Below are positions 59,094-64,000 of a stretch of DNA of 64,000 nucleotides, piece by piece (the first letter of the stretch is position 1; each line of letters opens with the position of its first letter). The notes under the pieces were generated by a model. The model had not been told where the DNA came from, did no database searches, and worked only from the letters and a program-made list of their open reading frames with translations. This stretch comes from an uncultured delta proteobacterium (lineage in GTDB: Bacteria; Desulfobacterota; Binatia; UBA9968): contig CAWDPO010000046.1 of the NCBI GenBank assembly GCA_963804165.1, forward strand, positions 355,720-419,719. Reading direction: 5' to 3'. Position numbers and translations under genes: made by a program.

Positions 59094-60010
59094 GATTCTG
59101 CTGAAAAACCCGTCAATTTAATTTGCCAGCGGTTCTCACAAACGCTACGGATAGCAAAATAGTTTTGCGGCAGGTAAATTTTCACCCACCATGCTGCCAT
59201 AGCCAGTAAAATGAACGGCCCTGAGCTCTTAAGCCGGGCTGAGCGCCGGTGTTCGCATCTGCAATGCGAGCAGATTTAGGTATCGTTTCACATTGCAAGC
59301 AGCGCCGATGAAGTAGTGCGATAGACCGACTCGGCTTAAGCCCCGATATTTTGTCCGTCTCATCGCGTGCCCGCGCACCAACTCGCTATGAGTCCCTTCG
59401 ATGCCGTTTCTTGGATGCATGCTCTTTGAGAACCCAGCCTGTGTCATTTGTTTACGCCGCTGCTGCACCAGATCGTGGCGCAGTCCAACCACTAAGTTCT
59501 CCGTCCACCCTTGGAACGCGTACATTGTTTTTGTACAGGACAGCTATCACATTGATTGCCCCACTCGATGCGATAGTACTCGGTTCCCATATAGCTATCT
59601 TTAATGCGGCTGCATTGCGTGCTGAGTTTGCCCTGGGGACAAATCGCTTGACGCTTATCGACGTCAACTTGAAACGCATCGGTATTGTACGGCCCCTTGT
59701 GTGGATTGGGACGCGTCGGCCCTAATAACTCGATGCCGTTTTGTTCCGCCTGCGTTAAGGTATGCTCGGTGACGTAACCGGCATCGGTGTACATCGCCTG
59801 GGGTGTGATTTCATGGTGCTGCTGTTCTCTTCTGAGCACCTCGGTTAAACCGGCCATCTCGTCCTGAGCTGCTTCGGGTGGTGAACATCTCGGTAATGAA
59901 ATGTTCAGCGGGTTCGCCCTTTTCCTTGATCGGCACTTCTGGATCGACCGTCTCGGCCGTCGATTCAATTGATAATGACAAAAACCGTGAGGGGGTTTTT
60001 CAGCAGAATC
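59094..60010 (-). mobile_element. Internally deleted relative of the adjacent IS1182-like element
   Basis: Same terminal repeats (GATTCTGCTGAAAAACCC / GGGTTTTTCAGCAGAATC); retains only the frameshifted 3' part of the transposase (about 59229-59960). Confidence 0.88.
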
Positions 60011-60197
60011 GGAGTGTTATATCTGACCGTTGAGGCGACGCCTGTCTGACCCTTCTGGTGACCCCTCGCCGAGCGTTGCGCTTTGCGGGACGGTCGTTAG
60101 GATATCGCGTTGGGGTTGTACGCCACTAAACCGCCTTGAGGTTTGCCAGCGATCCAACGGCTCCCCGGTGATCGCCAGCAGGCGCTTTGGGCAGGCC

Positions 60198-60569
60198 TTA
60201 CGGCGACTCTTTCGACAGCAGCGCCCGGACTTTCGATAAAAGCCGCGACATTTCCACCGGCTTCGTGTCGAAATCGTCGCATCCCGCCGCGAGCGCTTTT
60301 TCCCGGTCGCCCGTCATGGCGTGCGCGGAGAGCGCGATGACCGGAATGTGCCGGGTCTCAGGCTGGGACTTGATCCGTTTCGTCGCCTCCCAGCCGTCCA
60401 GCCCTGGCAGTCCCAAGTCCATCAGGATCAGGTCCGGTCGCTCGGTCGCGGCCATCGCCACTCCCTGCTCGCCGTCGGTCGCAACTAGAACGGTGAAGCC
60501 GACTCGCGCGAACCGGTTCTTGATGACGTATACGTTGTCGTCGTTGTCCTCGACGTAGAGAATCCTCAC
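60198..60569 (-). CDS. Single-domain response regulator (DivK-like)
   Basis: ILYVEDNDDN, DLILMDLGLP, SAHAM and TKP; GTG after GGAGGGG. Confidence 0.9.
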   Translation of the reverse strand: MRILYVEDNDDNVYVIKNRFARVGFTVLVATDGEQGVAMAATERPDLILMDLGLPGLDGWEATKRIKSQPETRHIPVIALSAHAMTGDREKALAAGCDDFDTKPVEMSRLLSKVRALLSKESP

Positions 60570-60641
60570 GATGCCCCTCCGACGTCGGCGCACTGCAACA
60601 GCCGACAGGAGTCGATAGCGAATGGTCGACCGGCGAACCCG

Positions 60642-61019
60642 TCACGGCTTCTCGGCCGCTCCGACGAGCGACCGGATTTTCTCGACCAGCCCCCCAAAAT
60701 CAATGGGCTTCTGCAGAAATACGTCGCAGCCCGCGGCGATCGCATCGTCGCGGCTTTTCCTCGACGTTTCGACGGTAAGCACGATGATCGGGATGTGCTT
60801 CGTTTCCGGCTGACCCTTCAGACGGCGCGTCGCTTCCCAGCCGTTGAGCCCCGGAAGATTCAGATCCATCACGATGAGGTCGGGCTGCGATCTCTTTGCC
60901 CATTCGACCCCCTCGCCCCCGTTCCTGGCGACCTGGACGTCGAATCCGGCGCGGCTCAATCGGCGGTGCAGCATGTACAGGTTGTCGTCGCTGTCCTCGA
61001 CGCAGAGAATTTTGGTCAT
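60642..61019 (-). CDS. Receiver domain (separate gene or C-terminus of the kinase)
   Basis: [20 protein letters not shown] and QKP; in frame with the HATPase piece upstream. Confidence 0.8.
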   Translation of the reverse strand: MTKILCVEDSDDNLYMLHRRLSRAGFDVQVARNGGEGVEWAKRSQPDLIVMDLNLPGLNGWEATRRLKGQPETKHIPIIVLTVETSRKSRDDAIAAGCDVFLQKPIDFGGLVEKIRSLVGAAEKP

Positions 61020-63925
61020 GTCGGCTGCTTCTTTCTTCCTCATTGCCCCCGCGTGATCAGGGATGTTTAAACCACCCAAAACGTTGCTCAGCTGCGCGCT
61101 CCCGGCCGCCTGTGGAGCCTGTGCGCGCCGGGCGAGCGGGACGGGACGGGCGGCCAGCACTTCGACGGGAAGGCGGATCGTGAACGTCGATCCCCGGCCG
61201 ACCTCGCTCTCGACGGTGATATCCCCTCCCATCATCTGGCATAAGCGGCGACTGATGACGAGCCCGAGCCCGGTACCGCCGTACTTGATGTGGGTGGTGG
61301 CGTCAGCCTGCACGAACTCCTGGAATAGCCGGGCCATCAGTTCGGGCGTCATGCCGATCCCGGTGTCCATTACCGCCAGCGTGATCCATGCGCCGCCGTC
61401 CTCAGCCACGCGCCGCGCGCTGATCGTGACCTTGCCGTGCTCGGTGAACTTGTTGGCGTTGCTTACGAGGTTGAGCAACGCCTGCTGAACCCGCGTCTGG
61501 TCGGACGTGCATCGTGCCGGTATCGGCGGAACAATTGACGACCAGCTGATTGCCGTTCTTCTGCGCCAGGGGCTGGATCGTCTCGACGACGTCCTCAATC
61601 AACGGCGCGACGGGGAAGGAATCGAGATACAGCTCCATCTTGCCCGCCTCGATCTTGGAGAGGTCGAGGATGTCGTTGATCAGGGCGAGAAGGTGACGGC
61701 CCGCACGCAGCACGCGCTCCAGCGGCTCGATCTCTTCTTTCGTCCCGTTCAAGGTCGCGAGCATCCTCGATCAGCATCTCGGTGATCCCGATGATGGCGT
61801 TCAACGGCGTGCGCAGCTCGTGGCTGACGGCTGCGATGAAGCTATTCTTTAGCCGCTCGATCTCCTTGCGCTCGGTGATGTCCACGTTGGTTCCCGCGAC
61901 GCGCGTGGCGCGCCCGGCTGCGTCGCGTTCGACCACCTTGGCCTGGCTGGAGATCCAGCCCCAGCCGCCATTCGCGGTCCGCACGCGGTGCTCGACGTGA
62001 TAGAAGGGGCGCTGGCCGCGGACCAAATCGGCGCCCTGCTGGCGGGTTTGCGGCAGATCGTCGGGGTGCACCAGCGACTGGAAATCTTCGATGGTCGTAA
62101 CGAGGGTGCCGTCGCCGCCACCGATGAGGCGCGACCATTGCTCGCCCAGAACGACCTTGCCGGTGACGACGTCCCAGTCGAACAGGGCCTGGTTCGAGCC
62201 TTCGATCGCGAGCGCCAGGCGCTCGCGGCTGTCGCGCAGCTCCCGGGTACGCTCCTCTACCAACCGCGCCACGTGTGCGGCGCGGCCGGTGACGAACAGC
62301 AGGAATGCCTCGAGCAGCGCGCAGAACACAAGGCTCGCGGCCAGCACTGACCACGCCACCAACGCCGGGTTCGCCGCAAGATAGACCGGCGTGGGCAGGG
62401 CGACGATACGATAGCTTCGCCCGGCAGCTTCGAAAACGTGGTCGAAACGAATCGCCTCGGCCGCGGGTGTGGCAATGCCGGCGTTGATCTCGTAGAGCGT
62501 GCGTTCGGAGTGCCGGCGCCGATTCATCCAGAAATCGCAGCGACATGTTGTCGCGGTCGGCGACGGCATGGCGGCCTGCACGATTGACGACATTCGAACC
62601 ACACCGGCCGCGAATCCCTGAAACGCCCGACGGCGTGATTCGGCATCGGCGAAGGCCTCGCCGTCCCCGTATACTGGGTGGAGCAGAAGTATTCCCCACC
62701 GTTCTTCGGGCTCCTGTACCAGTCGGATCCGTCCCGTAGCGACCGTCGCTCCACTATCGCGCGCTCGCTCGATCGCCTCCCCACGCCTGGCATCCGAGCC
62801 GATGTCATACCCCAACACGGCCTCGTTCCCGGCATACGGCTCGATATACATCACGACGATGTACTCGTCCCGGCGCGCAGCCGGTCGCAACTGGCCTTGC
62901 TCATCGCGCTCCATGATCCAGAAAGCTGCATATCCTTCGCGCCGAACCGCCGCCTCGAACGACTCACGCGCGGCATCGCGCACGCAGCGGGTTCCAGCTG
63001 AGTGCGTCAAGCCCGGGGAAATCCCGCAACGCGGTCTGCACGAACTGGTGAAACTGGTGCCGCTCCACCGGGCTGGAGGTCACGAAGAAACGCTCGATGG
63101 CGTGGAGGAATTGCAGGTAGCCATTGACACCGGTTGACCAGGCTCGTCGCCACGGTCTCGGCGCGCAGAGTGAAAGGCAGCGCGGAGGCGGTCCTGCTCC
63201 CAACGGCTCGCCAGCAGGAACAACACAACGCTGGCGGCGACCAGTGCGATCGGCGGCAAGACGAGTGCGGTGCGCCTTGGCCGCCAGGCCGGGCGCGGCT
63301 TGCCAAGCATCGCGAACAGCAGCGGCGTAGTGACGACCACGCCGATCGCATCCCCCACCCACCAAACCACCCAGTTTTGAGGAACTGATCGGTCGCGACC
63401 ACACCGTAGCGGTGAAGGCTCGTCACGCCCGTCGTGGCGCTGATCAGGCAGCTCAAAGGCCCCCCGAGCAGCAGGAACAATCCGATGTCTTTCTCGCGAT
63501 CCAGTGCATTGGGGAAGCCGATCGCGCGCCTTATCAGCCAGACTCCCGCCAGGGCTTGGGCGGTGGACCCCATGGCTATGGTCGCCGCCACCGACGCGTT
63601 GGTGGTCGTGACGTGCCCACTTCCCTGGTAGCCGATGGCGAGATTCATTGCGAACGAGCCGAGCCAGACCCCGGGAGTCAATGGCGCGCCATACAGCAAC
63701 AAGCGCCGCGAGCGCAACACCAGCCGCGGGAAAAACGGCGGTGGCATAACCTGGGGGAACAGCCAGCAGGGACCCGAGCCAGCCCGAGAACACATAGGCG
63801 GCCGCGAGGAACAGCACCTGGAGGACGTGGCGTCCGGTTTGACCGGAACCTCCGTCGGTCAGCCTGAACGGTCGAGTAATTTCCTTGGCCAATACCCGCA
63901 GTTTACGCATGATGTTCTCGTTCAT
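61020..63925 (-). CDS. MASE1-CHASE-PAS sensor histidine kinase, multiple frameshifts
   Basis: MASE1 [64 protein letters not shown] and YGGTGLGL. Confidence 0.82.
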
Positions 63926-64000
63926 CAGGAATGCTATGGACCCTGGTGCGATCTCGCGGTGCGTCGCATCTCGCCCCAGTGGCCCTTGGCGCCCGCGAGC

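Noticed and set aside
57031-60065. GGGGTC and TGACCCC motifs flanking the IS pair as further Y1 sites
   Set aside because: Matches are limited to 6-7 bp with no extended similarity, so they could be chance.

Overview
A GC-rich bacterial chromosomal window with no rRNA, tRNA or CRISPR array detected. The gene content (many NMT1-type substrate-binding proteins, tandem VOC proteins, amidohydrolases, aromatic oxygenases) suggests a soil Deltaproteobacteria-like or Ca. Binatia-type genome; that is inference. Many conserved genes carry single-base frameshifts, most likely assembly errors. Contents in order: yeaH-prkA, a NusG/RfaH paralog with a PDZ-GAF histidine kinase, catabolic genes, a metallophosphoesterase coupled to an MscS-cNMP channel, a SLATT/DUF4231 gene, rlmD, nested TA modules, a DUF899 paralog array, a Rieske dioxygenase, a two-motif PLD protein, an HUH-Y1 (RAYT-like) transposase with inverted ends, an island of tiny paralogous ORFs, a tandem IS1182-like pair and a MASE1-CHASE-PAS kinase with two receivers. 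The most interesting signals are non-coding. First, copies of the Y1 transposase end motif (..GAC.TGACCCC / GGGGTCA..) sit at the edges of unrelated accessory genes across the window, suggesting a cassette-mobilising system. Second, there is a dispersed family of 9-bp-periodic intergenic palindromes. All alignments and identity counts were done by eye.
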